Below the pieces are notes generated by a model, which saw only the letters and a list, made by a program, of their open reading frames with translations, was not told where the DNA came from and did no database searches. A stretch of DNA of 38,740 nucleotides, from the NCBI RefSeq assembly GCF_004010195.1, contig NC_057757.1:2185940-2224679 (forward strand). The letters run 5' to 3'. The position numbers and the translations under genes are program-made. This DNA comes from Chiloscyllium plagiosum. Taxonomy: Eukaryota. How positions within the stretch are numbered: the first letter of the stretch is position 1; every line of letters begins with the position of its first letter. Positions 1 through 11,734 of this stretch are shown one piece after another.

Positions 1-86
1 GGGTGGGTTGCGCTTCGGTGGGTCGGTGTGGACTTGTTGGGCCGAAGGGCCTGTTTCTACACTGTAAGTAATCTAATCTAATCTAA
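1..86 (+). mobile_element. HE1 SINE 3' tail
   Basis: GGACTTGTTGGGCCGAAGGGCCTGTTTC...(TAATC)n; complementary to the tails of the full copies. Confidence 0.85.
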
Positions 87-709
87 TTCCTGAACCAAGC
101 AGCAGCTCAGGGTACTCTTAATGAACCAGGTCAGTCATGAACTGGGGGTCATGGTGTAAGGATATGTGGTCGGACTGAAAGGAGGAAAAAAATGTCTTCA
201 CCCAGAGAGTGGGTGGAATTCTCTAGCACGGACAAGTGAGGTCAAAACATTGAGTGTTTTCAAGGAAAGTTGGGTATAGTTCTTGGGGTGAAAGGGATCT
301 AAGGGCAAGGGGGAAAGAAACAGGAACAGGGGTCTGAGGTGGACGATTCCTTGTTCGTTATGTTTGGGTCACGAAGGGTTCAGAGAGAAAGAATATGGAC
401 AGACAATATGGGCAGACGACCAGAGAGGTACAGATAAATGACAGCAGGCAAGTGGAAAGGCAGGGGGGGGGGGGGATGAGGAGTTTATATTTTCGGTTGG
501 GGTCCGGAATGGGTTGCTGAAAGAGTCATGGGCGAGGGAGGAAGGTTTGGGAAGAGAATGACTCCAGCTCAGAACGCAAGCAGAGATTTTCGCATTGGGT
601 GACAAAACGCACAGAGTATGACACCCATGCTCCTTTGCACACTTTCTATTCCATGGTCAACCTACCTTAACCTTTGACTGTGGAAGGAAACCAGAGCAGA
701 CAGGGTTAC

Positions 710-2692
710 AATGTAGCCATGAAGGAACTGAAGAATGGACTTAGGAGAGGTAGAGGGGGGTAATAAGAAAGCTTTAGTGGACAGGATTAAGGAAAGCCCT
801 GTGAGGAATGAGAGGATTACCAGAGTGAGGGTAGGGCTGATCAGGGATAGTGGAGGGAGGGAAGGTTCTGAATGAATACTTTTGCTTCAGTATTCACTAC
901 TGAGAGGGACCTTGTCACTCATGAGGACAGCGTGAAACAGGCTGATACACTCAAACAGCTTGATGTTAAGGAGGATGTGCTAAACATTTTGAAAAACAAG
1001 GCTAGATCAGTCCCCTGGGCCAGACGGGATATTCTCAAGGCTACTACAGGAAGCGAGGGAAAAGATTGCTGCACCTTTGGCGATGAACTTTGCATCCTCA
1101 CTGTCCACTGGAGTAATGCTAGATGATTGGAGGTTGGCAAATGTTATCCCTTGTTCAAGAAAGGGAATTCTTGAGAATTACAGACCAGTCAGTCTTACCT
1201 GTGTGATGGGCAAAGTATTGGGAGAGGATTCTGAGAGACAGGATTTATGATTACTTGGAAGGCCATAGTTTAATTAGATATAGTCAGCATGGCTTTGTGA
1301 AGGGCAAGTCATGCCTCACAAACCTTACTGAATTCTTTGAGGATGTGACAAAACACATTGATGAAGGTAGAGGAGTAGATATGGTGTACATGGATTTTAG
1401 CAAGGCATTTGATAAGATTCCCCATGATAGTCTCATTCAGAAAGTAAGGAGGCAAGGGATACAGTGAAATTTGGCCGTCTGGATACAGAATTTGCTGGCC
1501 CATAGAAGACAGAGGTGGTGGTTGATGGAAAGTATTCAGCCTGAAGCTCGGTGACCAGTGGTGTTCTGTAGGGATCTTTTCTGGGTCCTCTGCTCTTTGT
1601 GATCTTTATAAGTGACTTGGCTGAAGAAGTGGAAGGATAGGTTAGTAAATTTGCCGATGACATGAAGGTTGGTGGAGTGGTGCGTAGTGTGGAGGGCTGT
1701 TGTAGGTTGGAATGGGACATTGACAGGATGCAGAACTGGGCTGATAAATGGCAGATGGAGTTCAACCTGGAAAAGTGTGAAGTGATTCATTTTGGAAGGT
1801 CAAATTTGGATGCAGGATTCTTGGCAGTGTGGAGGAACAGAGGGATCTTGGGGTCCATGCCCATAGATCCCTCAAAGTTGCCACCCAAGTTATGATTTGG
1901 AGATGCCGGTGTTGGACTGGGGTGTACCAAGTTAAAAATCACGCAACACCAGGTTATAGTCCAACAGGTTTAATTGGAAGCACACTAGCTTTCAGAGCGC
2001 CGCTCCTTCATCACCTGAAAGCTAGAGTGCTTCCAATTAAACCTGTTGGACTATAACCTGATGTTGTGTGATTTTTAACTTTGGCCACCCAAGTTGTTAA
2101 GAAGGCGTATGGTGTGTTGGCTTTCTTTAGCAGGTGGATTGAGTTTAAGAGCCGCAAGGTTATGCTGCAGCTCTACAAAGCCCTGGTAAGACCACACTTG
2201 GAATATTGTTTTCAGTTCTGGTCTCCTCATTATAGGAAGGATGTGGAAGCTTTAGAGAGGGGGCAGAGGAGATTTACCAGGATGCTGCCTGGACTGGAGG
2301 GCATGTCTTATGAAGAAAGGTTGATGGAGCTAAGACTTTTCTCATTGGTACAGGTGTACAAGATGATAATAGGCATCGATAGACTGAAGAGTGAGAGACT
2401 GTTAGCCAGGGCAGAAATGGCTATCATAAGGGGGCATAATTTTAAGGTGATTGGAGGACGGTTTAGAGGAGATGTGAGAGGTTGGTTCTTTACACAGAGC
2501 GTGGTGTGTGCGTGGAGTACATTCCGTGTGGTCGTAGTAGAGTCAAATACATTAGGGATGTTTCAGCGACTCTTGGATAGGGACATGGATGATAGTAAAA
2601 TTAAGGTTACGTAGTTTTATCCTACAGTAGGATTAAAGGTCAGCACTACATCAAGGGCCCAAGGGCCTGTACTGTGCTGTACTGTTCTATGT
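710..2692 (+). mobile_element. HER1/CR1-type LINE, 5'-truncated and decayed (RT region to 3' tail)
   Basis: ORF pieces QHGFVKGKSCLTNL, YMDFSKAFDK, KFADD and LYKALVRPHLEYC-QFWSP with stops and frameshifts. Tail GGGCCTGTACTGTGCTGTACTGTTCTATGTTC. Confidence 0.92.
1892..2083 (-). mobile_element. Short fold-back Penelope-derived element inserted in a HER1 LINE
   Basis: Inverted arms 1929-1995 / 2015-2081 (3 mismatches). Minus strand reads gTGATGA-AGGAGCGGCGCTCT-GAAAGCTA. GCCACCCAAGTT is duplicated at 1880-1891 and 2084-2095. Confidence 0.75.
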
Positions 2693-3969
2693 TCACCTGG
2701 AGGAGACCCACGCAGACAGTGTAAACTTCCCACAGTCGCCCGAGGGTGGAATCAAACCCAGGTCCCTGGTGCTGTGGGGCAGCAGTGCTAACCATGGAGC
2801 CACCATGCCAGACATGATGGAACTAGTGGGGTTTTTTTTCATGACAATTGCGATACTGGGATTCTACGTTTAAATTTGCCCTGTTGTTTGTTTTCGTTTC
2901 CAGGCCATTTACTCATCGAGGCCCGGAATCTCATTGAGATCATCTCACGCCACTCAATGTCATTGACTGGTGTACCTGACCCAATGGTGGCCATTTTGGG
3001 TGCCACCTCTCTCTGAGCCACACTGCTGCTGGTGGGGGGGGGGGGGGGTTGCTGCACAAGGAAACCCCTCCCCCCCACCCACCTACCAGACTGCCCGCCT
3101 CAGTGTACCCACTCAAGGGGCTACCCCTGAAGCGCTCTCTTGGTCGGCTACGATACACCAGCACTCCCCAACTCCCAGCCAAGACAGAGAAACCTGGCAA
3201 CTCCCTGCACCCAACTTGGAATAAATTCGGAGCTTCTTTCAAAGAGCTAGCATGGGCACGAGGAGCCGAAAGGCCTTGCTGTGCAATTCTGAAAGGGAGA
3301 CACCACCTCCTTACCTCTCCGTCGATCCCTCCTTATCCGTGTCAATGCCTTGCTCTCCAGCAGCCCCTGCAGGAAGCTCAACCTCACTGCGGGACTCCCC
3401 ACTTCCTGTGGCAGGTCCGAGCGGACATTCGCAAACGACATTGACACATCCCCCTGAAGGAGAAAGCAGAGCAGAGCAGAGTGGGCACGGTTGGCACTGA
3501 GCATTAAGACAACCCAACTCGAGACATTAGATCCACCACTGTCTGACCCTGCCAGCCCCATACCAGATAGCCGTGTTGGGTATTAAACTCCAATCAAACC
3601 AAGGTTCAGAAACCATGCACACAGCTCAAAGACTGACAGCTCACCACCACTTACTCCAAACCCAATGTCTAACTACAAATAGCTTCAGATGGTGCTTAAT
3701 TCCTTCCTTGTGTTCTTTAGTGTTAATGGGAACGTTCAAAATATCTTCCACTAATACGTTTGTTTAACTCCTGTGCCATTTTCTTGTACCCCAAAACCAT
3801 CTCCTCAGATTCATTTTCTTCCCTATTGTCCAAAACTTTCTCAATGTTGTTGCACAGTGCATCCTTGTGTTATCTTTCTCAGCTCTTCCTTAGCATAACA
3901 AAAAGCAGGAGACCATTCAGCCCTTCAGGTCTACTCCAGCATTCTAGTTAATTACGGATAATTTTCTAC

Positions 3970-4510
3970 TGGTACGGCCACACTTGGAGTATTGTGTACA
4001 GTTCTGGTCACCGCATTATAAGAAGGATGTAGAAGCTTTGGAAAAGGTGCAGAGAAGATTTACTAGGATGTTGCCTGGTATGGAAGGAATGTCTTACGAG
4101 GAAAGGCTGAGGGCCTTGAGGCTGTTCTCGTTGGAGAGAAGAAGTTTGAGAGGTGACTTAATAGAGACATACAAGATAATCAGAGGGTTAGATAAGGTGG
4201 ACAATGAGAGCCTTTTTCCAAGTATGGGGACGGCAAAACGAGGGGACACAACTTTAAAGCGAGGGGAGAGAAGTATAAGACAGATGTCAGAGGTAGTTTC
4301 TTTACTCAAAGAGTAGTAAGGGTATGGAATGCTTTGCCTGCAACGGTAGTAGATTCGCCAAGTTTAAGTGCATTTAAGTTGTCATTGGACAGGCATATGG
4401 ACGTACATGGAATAGTATAGGTGGGATGGGCTTCAGATTAGTATGACAGGGTGGCGCAACATCGAGGGCTGAAGGGCTTGTACTGCGCTGTAATGTTCTA
4501 TGTTCTATGT
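3970..4510 (+). mobile_element. HER1/CR1-type LINE 3' fragment
   Basis: ORF 3984-4316 [31 protein letters not shown]; (TGTTCTA)n tail. Confidence 0.9.
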
Positions 4511-4828
4511 ACTTCAATCCCGGGCTCAGAGCTCACAAATCTGTCAATCGCAGTCTTGCTTATGTTTCAACAATAGGACAGATGTTCTTCTCAGATAGAT
4601 AATTTGAAAGATTCACAATCCCGTGATTGAAAAAGTTTGTCACTGACCCTTCATTCTGCGACTGTGATCCTTCTTGCTCTAAACTTTCCAGGCAGAAGGA
4701 AACAGCCTTAAGTGAATTGGCTGAGAGCCCAAGCTTCCATTAGTCTGTTGAAACAGCCGACAGGGGAACTTCGCTTGATAGACAGCTTTTCCTTATCAAA
4801 TGATTGTGCAATGTTTACTTACACGAGG

Positions 4829-5517
4829 TGTGGGAAGAGATCTGCCACCCTACCTACCCATAGCAGGCCCACACCAAACATAGGAAAGCAAACTTGGCCA
4901 GACTATACCAGAAACACCCAGAATGCCTCAGCAATGACCAAGCAGGCTGACAAGTGAAAGCAGACAGCACTCGCAGACAAGGGACTACACTTCCCAACAC
5001 CCACTAACAATGCCAGATCAACACAGCTGTCCCAGGGCAGTCTCATAACCCAGCAATACCAAAGCCACACAAAGAACAGGTCAGACAGAGAGGCACCACC
5101 AAAGACCTCACTCCCAGGACAGGACAATAGAAACACCTCACTGGTTCAAAAAAGAGATATTCTCACCGACCTACAAAAGAGAATGGGAATCTCCTGATTC
5201 CATTGATACTGTTGGGATGCATCGAGAATCAGGACATTGTTCCGATAACTGGTTTCCAATTGTCACCATTGTAACTGGATTACTCCATTTCAAATACATT
5301 GTATCTTTCCCCATTTTAATTAATCTTCTTGTACAAGATTATTATAAAACCTGGCTTCTTCCTCAGCTAGAGGAAGAGAACCCTTAATCTACCTGCACAG
5401 ACAGTCAGTTCTGGGTCAGCCCAGTCAATTTCTCTTATTGCTTGTAATAAACAACTTGTCAATTTCACCATATCTGGTTTGTGAGATCTCGGATTTATTG
5501 GGCTAATTTCTCCGACA
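4829..5517 (+). mobile_element. Solo LTR (689 bp)
   Basis: Starts TGT, ends ACA, with imperfect terminal inverted repeats (TGTGGGA/TCCGACA). Flanked by CGAGG at 4824-4828 and 5518-5522. TATAAAA at 5343-5349 precedes AATAAA at 5446-5451. Confidence 0.8.
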
Positions 5518-6019
5518 CGAGGTCTTTCTGATTGGAAGTTATGAGGCTGCAGTAAAAGCTGATTTTGTTTCAGAAAGTCATGATTAAACTATTTGATTTA
5601 AAACTTTCACATACACGACACTGAACCCTCCAGGGTTAACTGGTTCTGTACAGAGTCTACAGTGGGTGAATGGACATGGGGGTGCCACTGATTGGCATGG
5701 AGCATATATGGGACTTGGTGGCTAGAGGGATAGTGGGAGATATGATTGGCTATGGGGGGGATTGGCATGGGCAGTGAAAGTAGGAGATCCAATGGGAGGA
5801 AGGATGTTATCCAATCTATGCTTTCATTACAACCGAGAACAAGTTGGATCTTTTAACCATCCCATTTCCCGACCAACAGTCCATGGTCGTCTCTGAACTG
5901 ATTTCAGGGGGTTGCAGGTCTGACTCCCATTAGCAACCCACCTCTCCTGGATAGGCCTGAAGAGGGCAGGTCAAGCTGGGGAAATTCCAAACTCCCACCA
6001 TCTACCTCTCGGATACTCC

Positions 6020-6500
6020 CCACTCGCCCTGGATAGCTGCACTCTAGAAGCTCGACACCATCCAGGGACAAAGCCACCCCAGCTTGATTGGCACCAAATC
6101 CACAAACATCCCCTCCCTCCCCCACTGACACTCATAGCAGCAGTGTGTACCAAGATGCACTGCAGCAATTCACCAAAGACCCTCAGACAGCACCTTCCAA
6201 ACCCACGACCACTTTCATCTAGAAAAACAAGGGGCAGCAGATACATGGGAACACCACCCCCTTGCAAGTTGCCCTCCAAGCCGCTCACCATCCTGACTTG
6301 GAAATATATTACTGTTCCTTCACTGTCGCTGGGTCAAAACCCTGGGACTCCCTCCTTAAGGAACATTGTGGATCTACCCTACAGCACATGGACTGCAGTG
6401 GTTCAAGAAGGCAGCTCAGTCTCACCTTCTCAAGGGGGCAACTAGGGACGGTCAGGCAATAAATGTTGGTCAGCCACGTCCCACAAAAATGAATAATATT
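6020..6500 (+). mobile_element. 3' end of a second LINE family (further copies at ~14820-15175 +, ~32755-33245 +, ~13700-13845 -, ~17745-17885 +)
   Basis: Shared AAGATGCACTGCAG...CCATCTAGAA...GTTCAAGAAGGCAGC...GGGCAAYTAGGGA...AATAAA among copies. Confidence 0.75.
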
Positions 6501-6697
6501 TTTAAAAATCCAGATCTCAGAATCAGAACAGAGACTGCATTGTGAACATAGGGGCCTCTTTATTTTCTTCCAGACTCCCTCTGCTGGTATACCAGCATTT
6601 GGCAGCCTTAAGTGGACAAACGCTCCTTACACTTTTCAAATCACCAGTGTCCAGGGGTGAAGAAGTATCCCGCAATCAACATCACTAAAACCACAAT

Positions 6698-6700
<3 letters not shown>

Positions 6701-6752
<52 letters not shown>

Positions 6753-6753
6753 G
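6701..6753. repeat. (GA)n microsatellite
   Basis: Directly visible. Confidence 0.95.
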
Positions 6754-7123
6754 GTGGAATGAGAGCGAGAGGCAGAGATTTGGGAAGGGAATTCCAGAAC
6801 GATTCAGCACAGGAAGCTGAGGAGTCTCAGATTTTCACAGAAGGTTGTAGGTTAATGTTTGCAATGGGAAAATATACTCCTTCAACTGTGCCCAGGGAAA
6901 GTAATAAACCCTTCCTATCAGAGCTAGCAAACAGTTGCGAAGAGGAAACAAGAGGCATTACAGGAATGCGTGCTGTGTGACTGAATGTCCGGATATCAAT
7001 GTATTAATAGCTTGCCTCCCAGGTACGAACAGCTGGGGATTATCGGTGGTATCAGTATATTACAGCTCTTCCAGAAATTCAGAGATAGGAAGCTAGATCA
7101 TTCAAGTTTTCTTCTTTCTCAGC

Positions 7124-8010
7124 TTAGATACAGAGTGAAGCTCCCTCTACTGTGTCTCCATCAAACCCCTCCCAGCATAGGGACAGCACCAGGGTTAGAT
7201 ACAGATTAAAGCTGCCTCTACATTAAACACTCCCAGGACAGGGAGATAGATTCATATAAATCGCTAGAGTGTGGAAACAGACCATTCAACCCATCGAATC
7301 CACATCAACCCTCCCACTGCACCACCCCATCCTGTAACCTTGTATTTCCCATGGCCAATCCACCCTAACCTGCACATCCCTGGCCACTATGGGACAATTT
7401 AGCACGGCCAATCCACCCTAACCTGCACATCTTTGTGACTGTGGGAGGAAACCAGAGCACCCGGAGGAAACCCACACAGATACAAGGAGAATGTGCAAAT
7501 TCCACACAGATATTTGCCCGAGGCTGGAATTGAACCTGGGTCTCTGGCACCGTGAGGCAGCAGTGCTGACCACTGAGCCACCGTGCCACCCTTACTCTTT
7601 ACAGAATAAAGCTCCATCTAGTTTCCCCATCAAACACTCCCAGGACGGGGACAGCACGGGGTTAGATACAGTAAAGCTCCCTCTACACTGTCCCCCCATC
7701 CCAGGGCAGAGACAGCACAGGGTTAGATTCAGAGTAAAGCTCCCTCTACACTGTCCCCTATCCCAGGACAGGGTCAGCACGTGGCTAGGTACAGTGTAAA
7801 GCTGCCTTACACTGTCCCCCATCAAACACTCCCCAGGACAGGGACAGCATGGGTTAGATACAAAGTAAAGCTCCCTCTACACTGTCCCCCCATCCCAGGA
7901 CAGGGACAGCACGGGGTTAGATACAGAATAAGGCTCCTTCTACACTGTCCCCCCCCCATCCCAGGACAGGGACATCACAGGGTTAGATACAGTGTAAAGC
8001 TCCCTCTTCA
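7124..8010. repeat. Degenerate ~60-70 bp tandem repeat interrupted by HE1
   Basis: Recurrent GGGTTAGATACAGAGTAAAGCTCCCTCTACACTGTCCCC...CCCAGGACAGGGACAGCAC. Confidence 0.9.
7265..7591 (-). mobile_element. HE1-type V-SINE
   Basis: tRNA-like head with A/B boxes, central GGGTTTCCTCCGGGTGCTC domain, LINE-like tail. Confidence 0.85.
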
Positions 8011-9479
8011 CCCATTTGGATGAAGTATTCTAACCTCTGTTCCATAGTGAGGTGGTCACACATGTAAATGTTGAAGGTTTTTTCAGGTGGATAGGGACGC
8101 CCTAGAAACTGATGATGATCCCAGATTGCATTGTCCGGACTGGCACCAAGTCCCCGCTCACACCACCTCTCCCTGTGCCTGCCCACTGACCCCGATAGGC
8201 TCGACTCAGTCACCTTTCCAAAGATCTTCACCTCTCGCGTATCACCAGAGCCTCCCCTAGCCCTGCAATCATCCAAAGCTTTTTATTTCCCACAAAAAAA
8301 AAGGTTTACAGGTACTGGAAATCTGAAACAAGAACAGGAATGACTGGAGAAACTTAGCAGGGTCTGACAGCACATGGGGAGGGAGAGACTGGCAAGCATA
8401 TTCTTCTGTGTCCCTTGTTCCTATTGTTTTAATCTCATCCCGTTCAGGGCTTCAGTTACCTGGGGCCCTATGCTCTGAACTTGCTCCCCTATACCACTCG
8501 GCTGAACTCTGTCCTGTTCCTTAGTGGTGTTTTTTTTTAAAAAAACGCTGAAATCTTTGGCTCCCAGATTTGATCGCAATATCCCCTTGCGTAGTTTGGC
8601 GTTAAATATGGTTTGGGTGAAGGGACTCAGGCCCTACAATGATGTTAAAAGGCACTTGTAAACACAAGACCTGAAATAAAACAGATTTCGAGGAGCTAGG
8701 CTGGTTCATGTCGGACTGCAGGAAGAATGAGAGGAAATGGGAGAGGGAGAGAAAGATAGAGATAGAGTGAGAGAGAGAGAGAGACAGAGAGAGGTATGTA
8801 ATCCCTAGAGACGTCAATTTTAAGGGAAACCTGACACAGGGTGGAGGTCAAAGGAAGGAGAAAATAGCTTAGCAACTCACAAAGGGATGCGCTTTGACAG
8901 AGGTGGAGTTATGTCTTAACACAATTTACGACACTCTTCCTGTCTTGTCCTGTCAGATTCCAATGGGGGACCCATTCTGGCACAGTTTATCCTTGTTGTG
9001 TGTCATGGTTGCTAAGGCAACTGACTACTACCAGCTGCCAAATCCCACAACTTGCACTTTTCTTTTCCCTTCTTTGCAACCTTGAAATGTGGTTTTCAGA
9101 CAACGACGTGTTATCAAGGCGGCTTTCAGGAGCTGTCTTGGAGCAGACGCAGCCCCACATTTCCCCACTTCAGCCTTCCCTCCCACAAGCCTAGAAAAAT
9201 TCCTGCATTTTGCGAGCCAGGGGTGTAGGAGTTCTCCCCACCCAGCCAAGGGGGGGGGGGGGGAAACCGAGTAGCAGCTGCAGTATCCAGAGAATTCAGG
9301 GCGTTTGCTGATCCAGAGCCTAACAGGCCTCCAATTGCATTCTGGGAGCCGGAAAAAGATGGCATGAAATCCACAGGCCATTCAGCCCATCATGCCTGCA
9401 TCAACTCCGCCATCTCATCCGGATTTATTACCTCGTGCCAATCTCCTACCTCTTCCCTACACACCAAGAATCCAATGAA

Positions 9480-10325
9480 AAAAAACCGTGGATGCCGAAA
9501 ATTGGAAATCGCTGGAAAAGCTAAGCAGGTCTGGCAGCATCTGTGGAGAGAAATCAACGTCTCAGGTTGAGTGACCCTTCATCAGAACTGATGGTAGCTG
9601 GGAAAAAGGTTGGATGGTTTTTTTTTTGCAGATGGTAGAGAGTAAGTAGTAAATGATTAGATTAGATTAGATTACTTACAGTGTGGAAACAGGCCCTTCG
9701 GCCCAACAAGTCCACACCGACCCGCCGAAGCGTAACCCACCCATGCCCCTACATTTACCCCTTACCTAACACTACGGGCAATTTAGCACGGCCAATTCAC
9801 CTGACCTGCACATCTTTTGGAGTGTGGGAGGAAACCGGAGCACCCGGAGGAAACCCACGCAGACACGGGGAGAACGTGCAAACTCCACACAGTTAGTCGC
9901 CTGAGGCAGGAATTGAACCCGGGTCTCTGGCGCTGTGAGGCAACAGTGCTAACCACTGTGCCACCGTGCCGCCCACAGATGATAAGTGGGGATAGAGTCC
10001 ACACAGAGAGAACAGTTGGATGGACAAAGAAGTGCATAATGATTAGGCTTGGAGGCTGACTAGCTGCTGATGGGGACTGTTAGTGGGTTGCGTGTAATGG
10101 CAGACTGTGTAATAACAAGTAGACAGGCAGGAGGCTGGAAGAACACAGCAAGCCAGCCAGCATCAGGAGGTGGAGAAAGTGCCTCAAACCCTGAAGTTAT
10201 TGAACTCCGTATTGAGTCCTGAAGGCTGCAGGATTCCCAAGCAGAAAGTGTGGTGCTTTCGCTGAGCTTTGCTGGAGCACTGCAGCAAGCCTGAGACAGA
10301 GGCGTTGGCCAGGGAACACGGTGAA
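9480..10325 (-). mobile_element. Penelope-like (Neptune-type) element 3' end, interrupted by an HE1 SINE
   Basis: 10321-10184 minus reads PCSLANASVSGLLQCSSKAQRKHHTFCLGILQPSGLNTEFNNFRV*, containing the LxxLxPxGLN motif of PLE GIY-YIG C-termini. Degenerate hammerhead CTGATGA-AGGGTCACTCAACCT-GAGACGTT at ~9588-9553. Confidence 0.7.
9655..9974 (-). mobile_element. HE1 SINE, full length
   Basis: GGGCGGCACGGTGGCACAGTGGTTAGC head, central V domain, (TAATC)n tail. Confidence 0.92.
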
Positions 10326-11412
10326 GGGCGGGGGCGGGGGCGGGGTTGAAATTGAAGAATCCAATATTCCTCGAGTTAAAGCCTTGCGATGGCTTGCTTT
10401 CGAGTGCATTGAAAGAACGGACTTGGAATTCCCCTCAACTTTTCTTGTAAAATAATAATATGCAGAATCAGACAGAAGTGCAGCCGAAACATATCCTCTC
10501 ACACTCATCAGGACACGTCTGCAAGAATACCAAATCTCAAAGAGAATAACAACTTACAGTACACAGGAAGGGAGGCAGCTGATTGGCCAGCTGTCTGTCC
10601 TAATGAGTTTAGGACCTAAAGCTTTGAGGGTCTTTCAGCAGGACTGACTATCGGTTTGACCTCCCTCATCTGTAAATCCTGATCGGAAGATAGTATGCTG
10701 ACAGGTGCGACAGTAAGGAAGCAAGCGCTGGATTTGCTTCATATTTTTTATCAGTTAGCTGATAAGAGGATGTTTGATATGTGGCATTCACACCTTCCTG
10801 GCCAACACTGCTGGCTTACATAACGGCATTGCAAACCCAGGAGCCAATTTTAAAATTCCCAACCTCGTCTTCCAACCAGAAGCCTTTCCTCTCTCTGTAA
10901 CCTCCTCCTGTTCATACAGCCCTGAGATTTCTACCTCGCGCACCTTCTGGCCTCTTAGCCAACCCTGGATCTGCATTGTTTCACGTTGCCTCTGCCCTTG
11001 CTATCCTCTCTCACACTCTCTATCACTCCCTTTTCCTTCCGATCACTTCTTGAAATCAAACTCTACGATCAAGGCATTGGATAGCTACCTTGATATCTCC
11101 TTACGCAGTCAAATTCTGCCTTAATTATCACATGCCTCAGTCCATTTTACTATTTTAGAGACACCACCTAAATGCGCATTGCCTCCGATGGACGAACCTG
11201 CCCCCTTGTTGAAAACCTCTTGAAAATAATCTGTGCATTTAGCTCCTCCCTCAACCTCTCCCCTCAAGTTCTTTCGAATTGGCTCCCTTTAGCACATTAT
11301 ACCCATCACAACATAGATTACAAAAACCATACCTGATTATGTACCTCCTACCTTGATGCTTGAGTTTACTCTTTAACCTTGATAATCGTATGCCAACTAC
11401 ATACTGGGCACT

Positions 11413-11728
11413 GATTAGATTAGATTAGATTACAGTGTGGAAACAGGCCCTTCGGCCCAACAAGTCCACACCGACCCGCCGAAGCGAAACCCACCCATAC
11501 CCCTACATTTACCCCTTACCTAACACTACGGGCAATTTAGTATGGCCAATTCACCTAACCTGCACATCTTTGTGACTGTGGGAGGAAACCGGAGCACCCG
11601 TGGGTTTCCTCCGCAGACACGGGGAGAACGTGCAAACTCCACACAGTCAGTCGCCTGAGTCGGGAATTGAACCCGGGTCTCTGGCGCTGCGAGGCAGCAG
11701 TACTAACCACTGTGCCACCGTGCCGCCC
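11413..11728 (-). mobile_element. HE1 SINE, full length
   Basis: Near-identical to 9655-9974, with an 11-bp microinversion. Confidence 0.92.
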
Positions 11729-11734
11729 ACTGGT

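Noticed and set aside
2081..2614. 177-aa ORF as a functional gene
   Set aside because: It is the C-terminal part of a disrupted CR1/HER1 ORF2.
2830..3560. GC-richer segment with overlapping ORFs
   Set aside because: No identifiable protein, termini or duplication; possibly an old repeat, but I cannot support a call.
11352..11396. 45-nt minus-strand exon candidate (GIRLSRLKSKLKHQ)
   Set aside because: Weak acceptor and no recognisable TNF-family similarity.
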